From Bythopirellula sp. (GTDB lineage Bacteria; Planctomycetota; Planctomycetia; Pirellulales; Lacipirellulaceae), in NCBI GenBank assembly GCA_965216565.1, contig OZ244170.1, forward strand, positions 3,712,001-3,776,000: 64,000 nucleotides of DNA, written 5' to 3'. Within the stretch, counting starts at the first letter, position 1, and the number at the start of each line of letters is the position of its first letter. The position numbers were made by a program, and so were the translations under genes. A model generated the notes under the pieces. The model searched no databases and had not been told where the DNA came from. It worked only from the letters and a program-made list of their open reading frames with translations. Of this stretch, positions 38,983-48,554 are shown in pieces.

Positions 38983-39052
38983 CCGGACCGCTACTGTCTA
39001 CCCGCGGTGGTGGGCGGTCCGCCGAACTCGGAGGCAAGTGTGCCTCCGGCTA
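38980..39052. repeat. TAGCCGGA family element, reverse orientation (copy 4)
   Basis: Its terminal TAG is the stop codon of the PqaA-like gene. Confidence 0.9.
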
Positions 39053-39059
39053 AGGCCGT

Positions 39060-39884
39060 CTACGTCCCAGCAAGCTGCCAAGTGAGCGGAAATTGCTTGT
39101 AGGCATCTACCAGGTCATCGCACTTGTCGTACTTCTTTGCTGGGGCTAAGAACGCTTCGCCGCGCAACTCAATTTCCGGTTGCTCAAATCGCCAAGGCAA
39201 GACTTGGACCTGAGGAACAGAACCTCGCGCCGTACTCACGCGTTTGATGCCAGTTCCAAGTTCGGTACCCTCAGCCATTGAGTACAGCTCGCTGGCATTC
39301 CCGTCTTGTCGAAAGCAGGCACTGCATAGCCAGAGGCTCATCACATCGACCACCTGTAAGAACAACAGGGCTCGTTGGGCTAACTCTAGGGTATGACCTG
39401 CGGGGTCGAGCCGTTGCCACTGCATCAGCCATTGCTGGCGATCGGTATCGATTCGCCTCACCCAATCTTCGACTTCCTGCAAATCGCATGATTTCGATGA
39501 GGTCTGCAACAGTCCGCGAAAATGGCTGGCGACCAGCCAACCGGCCAACGGACCAATTCTCGCGGCGCTGTCGATCGATCCCGACCAAATCTGAAGCGAT
39601 TCGCCAACCGGCAACTCACGGAACGAAAGTGGCTTGCGACTGGCTTCGTCGAGCCGAGGGCACCGATCCCACTCGTCCCAGCCATCGTCGTGATGCGTGA
39701 CTGCACGCAACACCTCGACGCGCATCGCAGAATCCTGCATCAGGCTGGGAGCATAAAACTGTGCCAACTCGCCACTAATCCGCGCATGCTCCACCTGAGT
39801 GACGATCAGCCAATGCGGCGTGCCGTCGGCATCAGTGTCTTCTGTACAGGGGATTTCTGCACAGGGGATTTCCGTGCGGATCAC
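39060..39884 (-). CDS. DUF3891-like hypothetical protein
   Basis: MIR..., Q.EHARISG.LA and HHDDGW motifs. Confidence 0.7.
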   Translation of the reverse strand: MIRTEIPCAEIPCTEDTDADGTPHWLIVTQVEHARISGELAQFYAPSLMQDSAMRVEVLRAVTHHDDGWDEWDRCPRLDEASRKPLSFRELPVGESLQIWSGSIDSAARIGPLAGWLVASHFRGLLQTSSKSCDLQEVEDWVRRIDTDRQQWLMQWQRLDPAGHTLELAQRALLFLQVVDVMSLWLCSACFRQDGNASELYSMAEGTELGTGIKRVSTARGSVPQVQVLPWRFEQPEIELRGEAFLAPAKKYDKCDDLVDAYKQFPLTWQLAGT

Positions 39885-39924
39885 AGTGACTAAATGCCAT
39901 CAAAATGGTTAATCGAGGCTGTTT

Positions 39925-40968
39925 CTACACGGCTGCGTAGAAGCTAGCGAACTCGTCGATTGAAACCGGCTTGATCTTGTCCGCATTGCCGGCCTGGCCG
40001 AACGACGTCATGCGGGCGACGCACACGTCCTTCATCGCAGCACGTGCAGGCTTCAGATAGTCGCGGGGGTCAAACTTCTCAGGCGACTCCGCAAATACCT
40101 TGCGAATTGCACCAGTGATGGCCAGTCGATTGTCGGTATCGACGTTCACCTTACGCACTCCGTGCTTGATGCCGCGCTGGATCTCTTCGACTGGCACGCC
40201 CCAGGTTTGCTTGAGCTGACCGCCGTTGGCGTTGATGATGTCTTGCAGTTCTTGAGGAACGCTACTGCTCCCGTGCATCACCAAGTGGCAATTGGGCAGT
40301 CGACGATGGATCTCTTCGATTCGCTCCATGTCTAATACTTCGCCGGTCGGCTCGCTCGTGAACTTGTAAGCACCGTGGCTGGTACCAATCGCCACGGCCA
40401 AGGCGTCGACCGAGGTTTCGGCCACAAATCGTTCGGCTTCGTCCGGATCGGTCAGGAGCTGATCTTTCGTGAGCTTGCCGGTGGCGCCGTGGCCATCTTC
40501 CTGCTCGCCTTCGCCAGACTCGAGCGACCCCAAGCATCCCAGTTCGCCCTCGACCGAAACACCTTGGGCATGGGCCAGTTCGACGACCTCTTTGGTCACC
40601 CGCACGTTGTAATCAAAGTCGGCTGGAGTCTTGCCATCGGCCTCCAGCGAGCCATCCATCATGACGCTGGTAAATCCATTTTCAATGGCACTCTTGCAGG
40701 TCTCGGGACTATTGCCGTGATCCTGGTGCATGACCATTGGGATGTTTGGATAGAGCTCCGCTGCCGCCAGCATCAGATGCCGGAGGTAGTTATCTTGCGA
40801 ATAGGATCGAGCACCGCGGCTCGCCTGCACGATGACCGGTGAATTGGTCTCCTCGGCAGCTTCCATAATTGCTTGGATCTGCTCCATATTGTTCACATTG
40901 AAGGCCGCCAAACCGTAATCGTTTTCAGCAGCGTGGTCTAGCAACAGTCGCATGGGAACTAAGGGCAT
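39925..40968 (-). CDS. fba: Fructose-bisphosphate aldolase class II
   Basis: [43 protein letters not shown]. Confidence 0.96.
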   Translation of the reverse strand: MPLVPMRLLLDHAAENDYGLAAFNVNNMEQIQAIMEAAEETNSPVIVQASRGARSYSQDNYLRHLMLAAAELYPNIPMVMHQDHGNSPETCKSAIENGFTSVMMDGSLEADGKTPADFDYNVRVTKEVVELAHAQGVSVEGELGCLGSLESGEGEQEDGHGATGKLTKDQLLTDPDEAERFVAETSVDALAVAIGTSHGAYKFTSEPTGEVLDMERIEEIHRRLPNCHLVMHGSSSVPQELQDIINANGGQLKQTWGVPVEEIQRGIKHGVRKVNVDTDNRLAITGAIRKVFAESPEKFDPRDYLKPARAAMKDVCVARMTSFGQAGNADKIKPVSIDEFASFYAAV

Positions 40969-41135
40969 CGTACTCAACTCCTCGGTTGGAATAGGATCGG
41001 AGGGAAAGGGTGTGCAAAATCTTCTCTGGAAAGTGCTGCCTGGAAAACAGAAAACACTAGGAGCCCACTGCCGGTGGGCTGAGAAGCCCTCCATTGTAGC
41101 AACTTGAAGGGCAGAAAGAGAGGGGGTCAGCGGTG

Positions 41136-42032
41136 CTAGTCGCTCGTCGCAAGTCGAGTCCCTGTAAGGATTTCACTGGGCGGCACTTGCAGCAGTCGGA
41201 TCAGCACCAGTTTTTGCTCCGCAGGGCCATCCTTTTCCACCCCGTGGAAAGCCCAGCCCAAGCTACCCTGCGACTCGGGTAGACAGCCAATCACTAAGAC
41301 TTCGCCCGCGGAGAGCGAAGCCTTCATCACCATTTCGTCGTAAGCCACCCGCTCTCGTGAAGGCGTCACCAGGAAGATTCCTTGATCGCTGCCCGCGTAA
41401 CGATTGCGCAATTGACCATGATGCAACTCGGGGGTCAGCCGCACTGCAGCACGCTGCCCCGCAGCCAAACTTGCCCGCAAGTTGTAAGACGCCTGGACCT
41501 CGTCGTAACTCTGCCCCTGTAGTCCGTCCCGGCTATTGATAAACACGTTAATCTTGTCCCGCAATTCTGATGCCTGGACGGTTGCCTGGTCGTCTCGCTT
41601 CAGTTGCAAGAGGCGCCGCACAACACGGGGCGATGCACTTGAGTCGGTGATGACACGTTCGGGAGATTCATCTTCTGGCTCCGAATCACCTAGGAATTGC
41701 TCAGTAAGAATGTCCGGCATCGAACCACCCAGCACACCTACCCGGAATCCATTGCGAGACAGTTCGCGACGCGGCTCCAGGGCGATACGTTGCTCGTCGA
41801 TCGTCGCCCAAATTTCATCCGCTATTTGCCGATCCTCCGCTGGGATGCGAACCTGAAAGATCTCCAACGTGAGACTCTTGGGTCCCGTCTCGACCGCCTT
41901 CAAAAAACTCTGCGGCGTATCCGTAGCAGGTATCGTCAGCATCGCACCGCAGCCACTGCACGCAGCAATTCCCAATGCGCAGCAGATTGGCGCAAGAAAT
42001 CGGGTGAACTTCGTGTACCGAAACAAGTGCAT
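41136..42032 (-). CDS. Hypothetical lipoprotein, possibly secretin-like beta domain
   Basis: Lipobox-like AACSGC; see findings. Confidence 0.6.
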   Translation of the reverse strand: MHLFRYTKFTRFLAPICCALGIAACSGCGAMLTIPATDTPQSFLKAVETGPKSLTLEIFQVRIPAEDRQIADEIWATIDEQRIALEPRRELSRNGFRVGVLGGSMPDILTEQFLGDSEPEDESPERVITDSSASPRVVRRLLQLKRDDQATVQASELRDKINVFINSRDGLQGQSYDEVQASYNLRASLAAGQRAAVRLTPELHHGQLRNRYAGSDQGIFLVTPSRERVAYDEMVMKASLSAGEVLVIGCLPESQGSLGWAFHGVEKDGPAEQKLVLIRLLQVPPSEILTGTRLATSD

Positions 42033-42213
42033 ACCGGTGGCGTTCTATTCCAGTGGCCAGGTGCGGACGAATTCAGAAGCGCACGAACAGTACGACCCGG
42101 GAAAACTGCTGTCAATGCGATTCCACAGGGATCGGGAACCATGCGAGAACTGCTAGCAGTGGCACTCGGCAAACTGGCGACTGTTAGCGTGGCTAAGAAC
42201 AGAAATTGAAAGC

Positions 42214-42287
42214 TAGCCGGAGGCACACCTGCCTCCGGAGCCCAGCGGACCGCCCACCACGGCGGGTAGACAGTGGCGGTCCGGCTA
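42214..42287. repeat. TAGCCGGA family element (copy 5)
   Basis: Closely similar to 6716-6789. Confidence 0.9.
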
Positions 42288-42384
42288 TTGCACTTGAAGA
42301 CACTTCTTCACAATGCAGCAGCCTCAGCTCCATGGTCCTAAAGTACCTGCAAACAGGATCCAGCCAACGCGTCGCTTGCCAATC

Positions 42385-43017
42385 TCAACTCGGCAGCAAC
42401 TTCGGCGTTGGCCAACGGGTGCCTACAATCTTGCCATGCTCGGCAACCAACTCGTCGAAGCGATGCTCCAAGAACTCGTAGAGATGCGCCGGCGGGTCGA
42501 GGGCTAACCATCGTTGGGCCAGGCGATCCATCTGGGCGTCGTACGCTTTTTGCGATGGTCCGTGCGCATAGCAGCGCCCCGCGTGACGGCGGAGATCGCC
42601 ATCGAACGCGGGGCCAATATGCCACAGTTCGTGGACGATTGTGGAGAGCTTTTCTTCCAAGCTCGTGTTTTGAAATCTCGGCAGATAGAAGCTGAGAATG
42701 TACAGAAACTCTCGCCCCTGCTCATCGCGAAGCGATTCGACTCCGTAGCGCCGGCCCCCCATCAGCTGATAGTCGGCTCCGGCTTGAAACTTGAGCGGTG
42801 TGAGCGAAGCATAGATGCCGTGTGTGGTGTCTTGCCGGGCTTGATTCAGGCTGATGGCCACACGCGAAAGATCGATATGGCCCAGCTCGGCAAGACGGGT
42901 CGTCATGTCCGAACAAAGTCGGCGCATCGCGCGGCAAAAGTCAAACTGGGGGCTGGCCGGCAATCGATTGCCACGCCGCTGTGAGGGCCGTCCTTTGGCC
43001 GGGCGATTCATCGCCAT
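42385..43017 (-). CDS. Putative HExxH metallopeptidase
   Basis: TIVHELWHI motif; start re-chosen so it does not overlap rplQ. Confidence 0.7.
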   Translation of the reverse strand: MAMNRPAKGRPSQRRGNRLPASPQFDFCRAMRRLCSDMTTRLAELGHIDLSRVAISLNQARQDTTHGIYASLTPLKFQAGADYQLMGGRRYGVESLRDEQGREFLYILSFYLPRFQNTSLEEKLSTIVHELWHIGPAFDGDLRRHAGRCYAHGPSQKAYDAQMDRLAQRWLALDPPAHLYEFLEHRFDELVAEHGKIVGTRWPTPKLLPS

Positions 43018-43063
43018 ATTGCCATCACCAAATTGAGAATCTAGCGAAGAATTTGTTGCCGAA

Positions 43064-43777
43064 CTATTCGGCGTCCTTTTTCTCTTCAGCTTTTTCTTCC
43101 GCATTAGCAGCGTCATCCGCTCCGTCCGCAGAAGCTTCCTCGCTACTAGCGTCTGTGGACTCTTCTGTTGCGTCTGATTCTTCTGCTGCTGGTTTCGTCT
43201 CTGAGGTTTCTTCTGAATCTTCGAAAGCTGGCTTTTCGCTGCGCTGCACAACGCGGTCGCGGACTCCAACAAATTCCAGAATCGCCCGGACGCCGGCGTC
43301 GCCGAGTCGTGGTTGAGCCATTCGTACGATTCGCGTGTAACCGCCGGGACGATCAGCAAAACGGGGGGCGATTTCATCGAACAAGAGAGCTACCGCCTCC
43401 TTGTCTTGCAGCAGTTGCAAACAGCGTCGGCGAGCGGCAACTACTGGTGCTACCGCTTGGTTCCAGGCTCGCCAGTTATCGCTTTGTCGCCACGTCTTCC
43501 ACTCTTGGCTACCACGCTCGGCACTCGTCTCGTGCTGGGCGGCAGCCTCTTCGGCAGATTGGGCGCGACGGGCGATGGTAATGCATTTTTCCACCAACGG
43601 CCGCACTTCCTTGGCCTTGGCAATCGTCGTGATAATGCGGCCCTTTACCTTGGGGGCATTGTCGTCGAACTCAGCGTCGCGCTCAGTCAAAATCAAGGCA
43701 CTCGCCAAGTTTCTCAGCAACGCGCGTTGATGCTTCGGATTGCGACCAAGCTTTCGGCCTTTTCTGCGATGTCTCAT
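43064..43777 (-). CDS. rplQ: 50S ribosomal protein L17, with insertions and acidic tail
   Basis: MRHRRKGRKLGR, ITTIAKAKE and RPGGYTRI motifs. Confidence 0.97.
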   Translation of the reverse strand: MRHRRKGRKLGRNPKHQRALLRNLASALILTERDAEFDDNAPKVKGRIITTIAKAKEVRPLVEKCITIARRAQSAEEAAAQHETSAERGSQEWKTWRQSDNWRAWNQAVAPVVAARRRCLQLLQDKEAVALLFDEIAPRFADRPGGYTRIVRMAQPRLGDAGVRAILEFVGVRDRVVQRSEKPAFEDSEETSETKPAAEESDATEESTDASSEEASADGADDAANAEEKAEEKKDAE

Positions 43778-43836
43778 GGCTTTAACTCTCAATGTTAAGC
43801 GCGGGCGATAGGCTCCCGAACTTAGCGACAAAGGAA

Positions 43837-44832
43837 CTACATAGTTGCTGCGGGACTAGGAACTCGCATACCCAAATGCAAACCAAGTTCTCGAAGTTTC
43901 ATCTGCACCTCAGCAAGTGTTGTCTCGCCAAAGTTGCGAACTTCTAGAAGCTGGTCTTCCGAACGGGTAACCAATTCTCGAACCGTCATTATGTTTTCCG
44001 ATTCCAGGCAGTTACCTGCCCGCACGGATAGATTCAACTCGGCAATGCTCATGTTGAGCTTGGCTTCCAACGCGCTGTCGGCGTTCGACATAGAAGCTCC
44101 ACGAGCAGCAGCGTGAACTTGGGGACCAAGCTCGGTGTACTGCACAAATGGCGTGAGATGCTTTCGCATGATCTTCGCCGATTCGACCATCGCCATCTCG
44201 GGTCCGACCGAACCATCGGTGAAGACTTCGATCGTTAGTTTGTCGTAGTTCGTCTTTTGACCAACACGAGTCTCTTCCACCTGGTAGCGTACTCGGGTGA
44301 CCGGACTGAACACTGCGTCGACCGGAATGATACCGATCTCCTGAATATTCTCGCCATGCTCAACAGAGGAAACATAGCCGCGACCATTTTCGACGACCAT
44401 TTCAATGACAAATTGCACGTCGTCGGTCAGCGTCGCGAGGACCAGGTCTTTGTTAATAATTTCAACCGACTCGTCACATTCCACGTCGGCAGCAGTAACG
44501 TCACCGGCGGTGTTCTTCTCCACTCGCAGCACCTTGGTGCTATCGCTGTGGTTTTTCACAATCAGTGACTTGACGTTGAGCACGATGTCGGTGAGGTCTT
44601 GCAGGACTCCCTCGATCGTCGTGAACTCGTGCTGAGCATTGTGTACTTTGATTTGAGTTACGGCACTGCCTTCCAGGCTGGAAAGCAAAATCCGCCTGAG
44701 GCTGTTGCCAATGGTCGTGCCGAAGCCGCGCTCAAAAGGCTCGGCAACGAACTTTCCATAGGTCGACGTCAGCGTGCTGCTTTCGCACGTTACGGCACTT
44801 GGTAACTCAAGTCCACGCCATCGAATATGCAT
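43837..44832 (-). CDS. rpoA: RNA polymerase alpha subunit
   Basis: [34 protein letters not shown]...NFG. Confidence 0.98.
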   Translation of the reverse strand: MHIRWRGLELPSAVTCESSTLTSTYGKFVAEPFERGFGTTIGNSLRRILLSSLEGSAVTQIKVHNAQHEFTTIEGVLQDLTDIVLNVKSLIVKNHSDSTKVLRVEKNTAGDVTAADVECDESVEIINKDLVLATLTDDVQFVIEMVVENGRGYVSSVEHGENIQEIGIIPVDAVFSPVTRVRYQVEETRVGQKTNYDKLTIEVFTDGSVGPEMAMVESAKIMRKHLTPFVQYTELGPQVHAAARGASMSNADSALEAKLNMSIAELNLSVRAGNCLESENIMTVRELVTRSEDQLLEVRNFGETTLAEVQMKLRELGLHLGMRVPSPAATM

Positions 44833-44939
44833 CAGAATCCTCCACAAAAGTGGCTTGGGTAAATACCCGAATTGAATCTTAAAAGAAATAACCTACTGAC
44901 CGTACAACTTGCGTACTAACGCGAGCAAAGCCCTGCATA

Positions 44940-45569
44940 CTACCGCGAGCAAAGCTCGACGATCAATTGCGTCTGGATCGGAATCGAGACATCCTCGGCC
45001 TGTGGCAAACGACCCACAACACCTTCCGGAATTTCTGCCTCGCCGCTAACGGTCAAGAAATCAGGCACATCGCTGCTTCCTTCGGACAAAGCACCTCGAA
45101 CCAGATCGAGACTCTTGGCACGATTCTTCACGCGAACGATGTCACCGACGTTGACCATGTAGCTGGCCACATCAACGCGACGGCCATTCACCGTCACGTG
45201 GCCATGATTCACCATCTGTCGAGCCTGGTTGCGGCTTTGACCGAAACCGAGTCGATGGACGATGTTGTCGAGCCGCCGCTCCAAGATGCTCATGAGCACA
45301 TCGCCCGTGTTGCCCTTGGTATGTTCGGCTTGATGGAAGTACTTCCGGAACTGTCGTTCCAGCACTCCATAGTAATGCTTTACCTTTTGCTTTTCGCGAA
45401 GGTGCAAACCGTAGTCGGTCATCTTGCCGCGACGATAGTTCTGTTGGCCGGGAGGCGCTTCGCGTCGCTCGAAGCCACACTTCGATGTGTCGCAACGCGT
45501 GCCTTTGAGAAACAACTTCATGCCATCGCGACGACAAAGTCGGCAAACGGGTCCGGTATATCTTGCCAT
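44940..45569 (-). CDS. rpsD: 30S ribosomal protein S4 (Cys-containing zinc type)
   Basis: MARYTGPVCRLCRR, LREKQK and LERRLDN motifs. Confidence 0.98.
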   Translation of the reverse strand: MARYTGPVCRLCRRDGMKLFLKGTRCDTSKCGFERREAPPGQQNYRRGKMTDYGLHLREKQKVKHYYGVLERQFRKYFHQAEHTKGNTGDVLMSILERRLDNIVHRLGFGQSRNQARQMVNHGHVTVNGRRVDVASYMVNVGDIVRVKNRAKSLDLVRGALSEGSSDVPDFLTVSGEAEIPEGVVGRLPQAEDVSIPIQTQLIVELCSR

Positions 45570-45675
45570 AAGTTTTATTCTGCTCTGTCTAACTAACGCT
45601 GTGAGAACTGATTTCTATGTTGAAAAATAGCTGCCAGCGGTCGCTCCATCTTTGGCAGGATCCATTTGCAAATAA

Positions 45676-46080
45676 CTACACGCGCCGCTTCTTGCGGGGC
45701 CGACAACCGTTGTGTGGCAGGGGCGTCACATCTTCGATTGACTTAACTTTCAAGCCAGCGGCTTCCAAAGCAGTGATGGCGCTTTCGCGACCGCTGCCGG
45801 GGCCCTTCACTTTGACGTCGACGTCCTTCATGCCGAACTTACGCGCCTTTTCGGCCGCCTGTTGTGCTGCACATTGCCCGGCGAACGGGGTGCTTTTGCG
45901 GCTTCCCTTGAATCCACTGGTCCCGGCACTCGCCCAACACAGGGTATCGCCCTTGGTGTCGGTGATAGTGACAGTCGTGTTGTTAAAGGTTGCCACGATA
46001 TGTGCGACGCCAACGGTCACGTTGCGACGTGCCGTCTTCTTTTTGGTCTTCGAGGTCTTGGCTTTTGTTGCTTTGGCCAC
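45676..46080 (-). CDS. rpsK: 30S ribosomal protein S11
   Basis: [17 protein letters not shown] and [13 protein letters not shown]. Confidence 0.98.
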   Translation of the reverse strand: MAKATKAKTSKTKKKTARRNVTVGVAHIVATFNNTTVTITDTKGDTLCWASAGTSGFKGSRKSTPFAGQCAAQQAAEKARKFGMKDVDVKVKGPGSGRESAITALEAAGLKVKSIEDVTPLPHNGCRPRKKRRV

Positions 46081-46167
46081 TGAGTGAGTTACTCCCTAAT
46101 AATCAATGTCTGTTTGAACGGCCTGTTTGGGTGATCGCTTGGTGGTGATCGCTACTGCAGGTCACGA

Positions 46168-46551
46168 TTACCTTAGATCTTTAACGCCCTTCTTACCGGC
46201 AACTGTCTTCTTAGGTCCCTTGCGAGTACGAGCATTGGTTTTGGTCCGCTGACCTCGTACCGGCAAACCACGACGATGTCGCAAGCCGCGATAGCAAGCG
46301 ATGTCGCGTAGTCGCGAAATGTTTTGACTTGTCTGACGACGCAATTGACCTTCAACGACGTAATCTTTGTCGAGCAGCGCCGCGAGGCGGGCTACTTCGT
46401 CTTCTCCCAACTCGCGAGCTCGTGCTTGCGCATCGACTCCCGCTTTGTGGCACAATTCTCGCGCTACCTTCGGACCAACACCGTAGAGGTAGGTTAGAGA
46501 GACGGCCGTGGGGCGATCTGGTGGTATGTCGACACCTAGCAAACGTGGCAT
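46168..46551 (-). CDS. rpsM: 30S ribosomal protein S13
   Basis: YRGLRHRRGLPVRGQRTKTNARTRKG. Confidence 0.98.
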   Translation of the reverse strand: MPRLLGVDIPPDRPTAVSLTYLYGVGPKVARELCHKAGVDAQARARELGEDEVARLAALLDKDYVVEGQLRRQTSQNISRLRDIACYRGLRHRRGLPVRGQRTKTNARTRKGPKKTVAGKKGVKDLR

Positions 46552-46686
46552 CTAATAAACTCCGAGTCTGGGAAATGATTTAGTTTTTTTGATTTGTATG
46601 GATTCGCAATTGGCGGGCGGCTGTACTGGCCACACTAGGGAATCGAGGAAAATAGCTTCCGTGTTTATTCTGGGTTTATTCTGGTT

Positions 46687-46722
46687 CCCCTCACCCAACC
46701 CTCTCCCCAAAGGGGCGAGGGA
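46687..46722. repeat. CCCTCTCCC-family REP copy
   Basis: CCCCTCACCCAACCCTCTCCCCAAAGGGGCGAGGGA. Confidence 0.8.
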
Positions 46723-46806
46723 TAGAGGAGAAGCAATTTTCCTCGACTCCTCAATAACTCCAACTCTTAGCTCTGGACTCTAAGCTCTTAGCTCTTAGCT
46801 CAACAA

Positions 46807-46920
46807 CTAACCCTGGCGTTGCTTGTGCCGCGGGTTGCTGCACACAACACGGACGACGCCGCGACGGCGAACGATTTTGCACTTGTCGCAAATCCGTTTC
46901 ACACTGGCTCGTACTTTCAT
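46807..46920 (-). CDS. rpmJ: 50S ribosomal protein L36 (absent from the ORF track)
   Basis: Hand translation [45 protein letters not shown]. Confidence 0.98.
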   Translation of the reverse strand: MKVRASVKRICDKCKIVRRRGVVRVVCSNPRHKQRQG

Positions 46921-47085
46921 CGCTGACTCCTTGTAGCTCCGCCAATACAACGGCTCCCTGCGGGTCCGCCGATATTGGGCAAACATATGAATATGACCGA
47001 CTTAGGCCATCCCTTCAAGGGCTACTCACGCCTAGAAAGTCGGTTTTTTGCCGGGCTGCGACACAATAGATCGAACCAAGCCGGC

Positions 47086-47919
47086 TCACAGGCCTAGCTC
47101 TTCGAGCTCACCCGGCTCTGGAGGGCCTGTTAGCACTCGCGGACCACTTTCGGTGAGGGCCACCGTATGCTCGAAATGGGCACTTGCCAGGCCGTCGGAG
47201 GTGACTTGCGTCCACTGATCTTTCAGCATCTTCACCTTTTTCGTGCCCATGTTCACCATCGGCTCGACCGCGATCACCAAGCCGGGCTCGAGACGGAAGT
47301 CGCCCGATCCTCGGAGCGAGCGGCTGGGGAAATTTGGCACTTGTGGATCTTCATGCATATCGCGCCCGATCCCATGGCCGACAAAGCACTCCACGGTGGA
47401 ATACCCGTGGTCGGCCACGTAAATGGCCATTTGCTCGGCCACCTGGCTCCAACGCTCTTTCTCGGCCATCAACTCAATCGCCAGTGCGAGTACGCCCTGG
47501 GTGGCATCGAGCAATTTTCTGACTTCGGGGTCGATCTCACCCACGGGATGAGTCACCGCCGCATCGCCGCACCAACCGTTCAGCCGGCATCCGGTGTCCA
47601 TGCTCAGCACGTCGCCCTCTTCGAGTGAGCGATCCGTAGGAATGCCATGCACAACCGCTTCGTTGACGCTCATGCAGCAAACCGCTGGGAAGGGGCGCTT
47701 ATTACGTGAGGAATTCGGATAATTCTTGAACAGCGGCACTGCGCCCAACTTGGCAAAATGCTCTTCCACCGCGGCATCGATCTGGGCCGTTGTGGCGCCA
47801 GGGACTACCAATTTGGAGGCAATCTGGTGCGCTTGCCAGACGGCGAGCCCCGCCTTGCGCATGAGATTGATCTCCCGCTTGCTCTTCAACTCGATGTGAT
47901 GCGTTAAGTCTCTTTTCAT
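47086..47919 (-). CDS. map: Methionine aminopeptidase type I
   Basis: SVNEAVVHGIP, GHGIG..MHEDP, EPM and AHFEHT motifs. Confidence 0.97.
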   Translation of the reverse strand: MKRDLTHHIELKSKREINLMRKAGLAVWQAHQIASKLVVPGATTAQIDAAVEEHFAKLGAVPLFKNYPNSSRNKRPFPAVCCMSVNEAVVHGIPTDRSLEEGDVLSMDTGCRLNGWCGDAAVTHPVGEIDPEVRKLLDATQGVLALAIELMAEKERWSQVAEQMAIYVADHGYSTVECFVGHGIGRDMHEDPQVPNFPSRSLRGSGDFRLEPGLVIAVEPMVNMGTKKVKMLKDQWTQVTSDGLASAHFEHTVALTESGPRVLTGPPEPGELEELGL

Positions 47920-47931
47920 AGCGATTGCCGA

Positions 47932-48483
47932 TCAATCTTCCAAAGCCGCTGTAATGCGGGCGAACACCTCGTCCATTTCGCCAATCCCACTGACGGTCGC
48001 CAGGACGCCTTGAGCACGGTAATAGTCGAGTAGCGGCATGGTTAGTTCTCGATACTGGCTAAACCGTTTTTTCACGACTTCTTGATCGTCGTCGGCACGT
48101 CCTCGACCGTCGAGACGGCTTAGTAGAGTCTCTTCGTCCACCTGAAACTCGATGACTTTCGTCACCGGCAGGTAATGCTCTTTGCACCAATCGTCGAACG
48201 CCTGGGCCTGGATGAGGGTCCGAGGGAAACCGTCCATCACGCAGCCATTCTTGCAATCGGGCTCGGTAAGACGCTTGGCCACAATCGTTTGCACCATCGA
48301 GTCGGGCACCAGTCGCCCCGCTTGCATATACTCGTTTGCCTGATGGCCAATCTCTGAATCTGCCAGGCATGCCTGACGAAACATCTCGCCAGTCGAACAG
48401 TGGGGGACGGCCAAGTACTCCGCCAGCCGAACAGACTGCGTCCCTTTACCAGCACCTGGTGGACCTACAAAAATGACCAACAT
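47932..48483 (-). CDS. adk: Adenylate kinase (short-LID type)
   Basis: GPPGAGKGTQ, DGFPRT and RGRADD motifs. Confidence 0.96.
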   Translation of the reverse strand: MLVIFVGPPGAGKGTQSVRLAEYLAVPHCSTGEMFRQACLADSEIGHQANEYMQAGRLVPDSMVQTIVAKRLTEPDCKNGCVMDGFPRTLIQAQAFDDWCKEHYLPVTKVIEFQVDEETLLSRLDGRGRADDDQEVVKKRFSQYRELTMPLLDYYRAQGVLATVSGIGEMDEVFARITAALED

Positions 48484-48554
48484 GGTTGTAGCTCTTTGCT
48501 CTCGGTCGCGGAGCAGCAACTTTTCGGATGATGCCCCCATGGATTTGGCCCAAC

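Noticed and set aside
43018..43377. N-terminal extension of the metallopeptidase ORF overlapping rplQ
   Set aside because: Alternative-frame read of the L17 acidic tail; an ATG at 43017 gives a non-overlapping gene.
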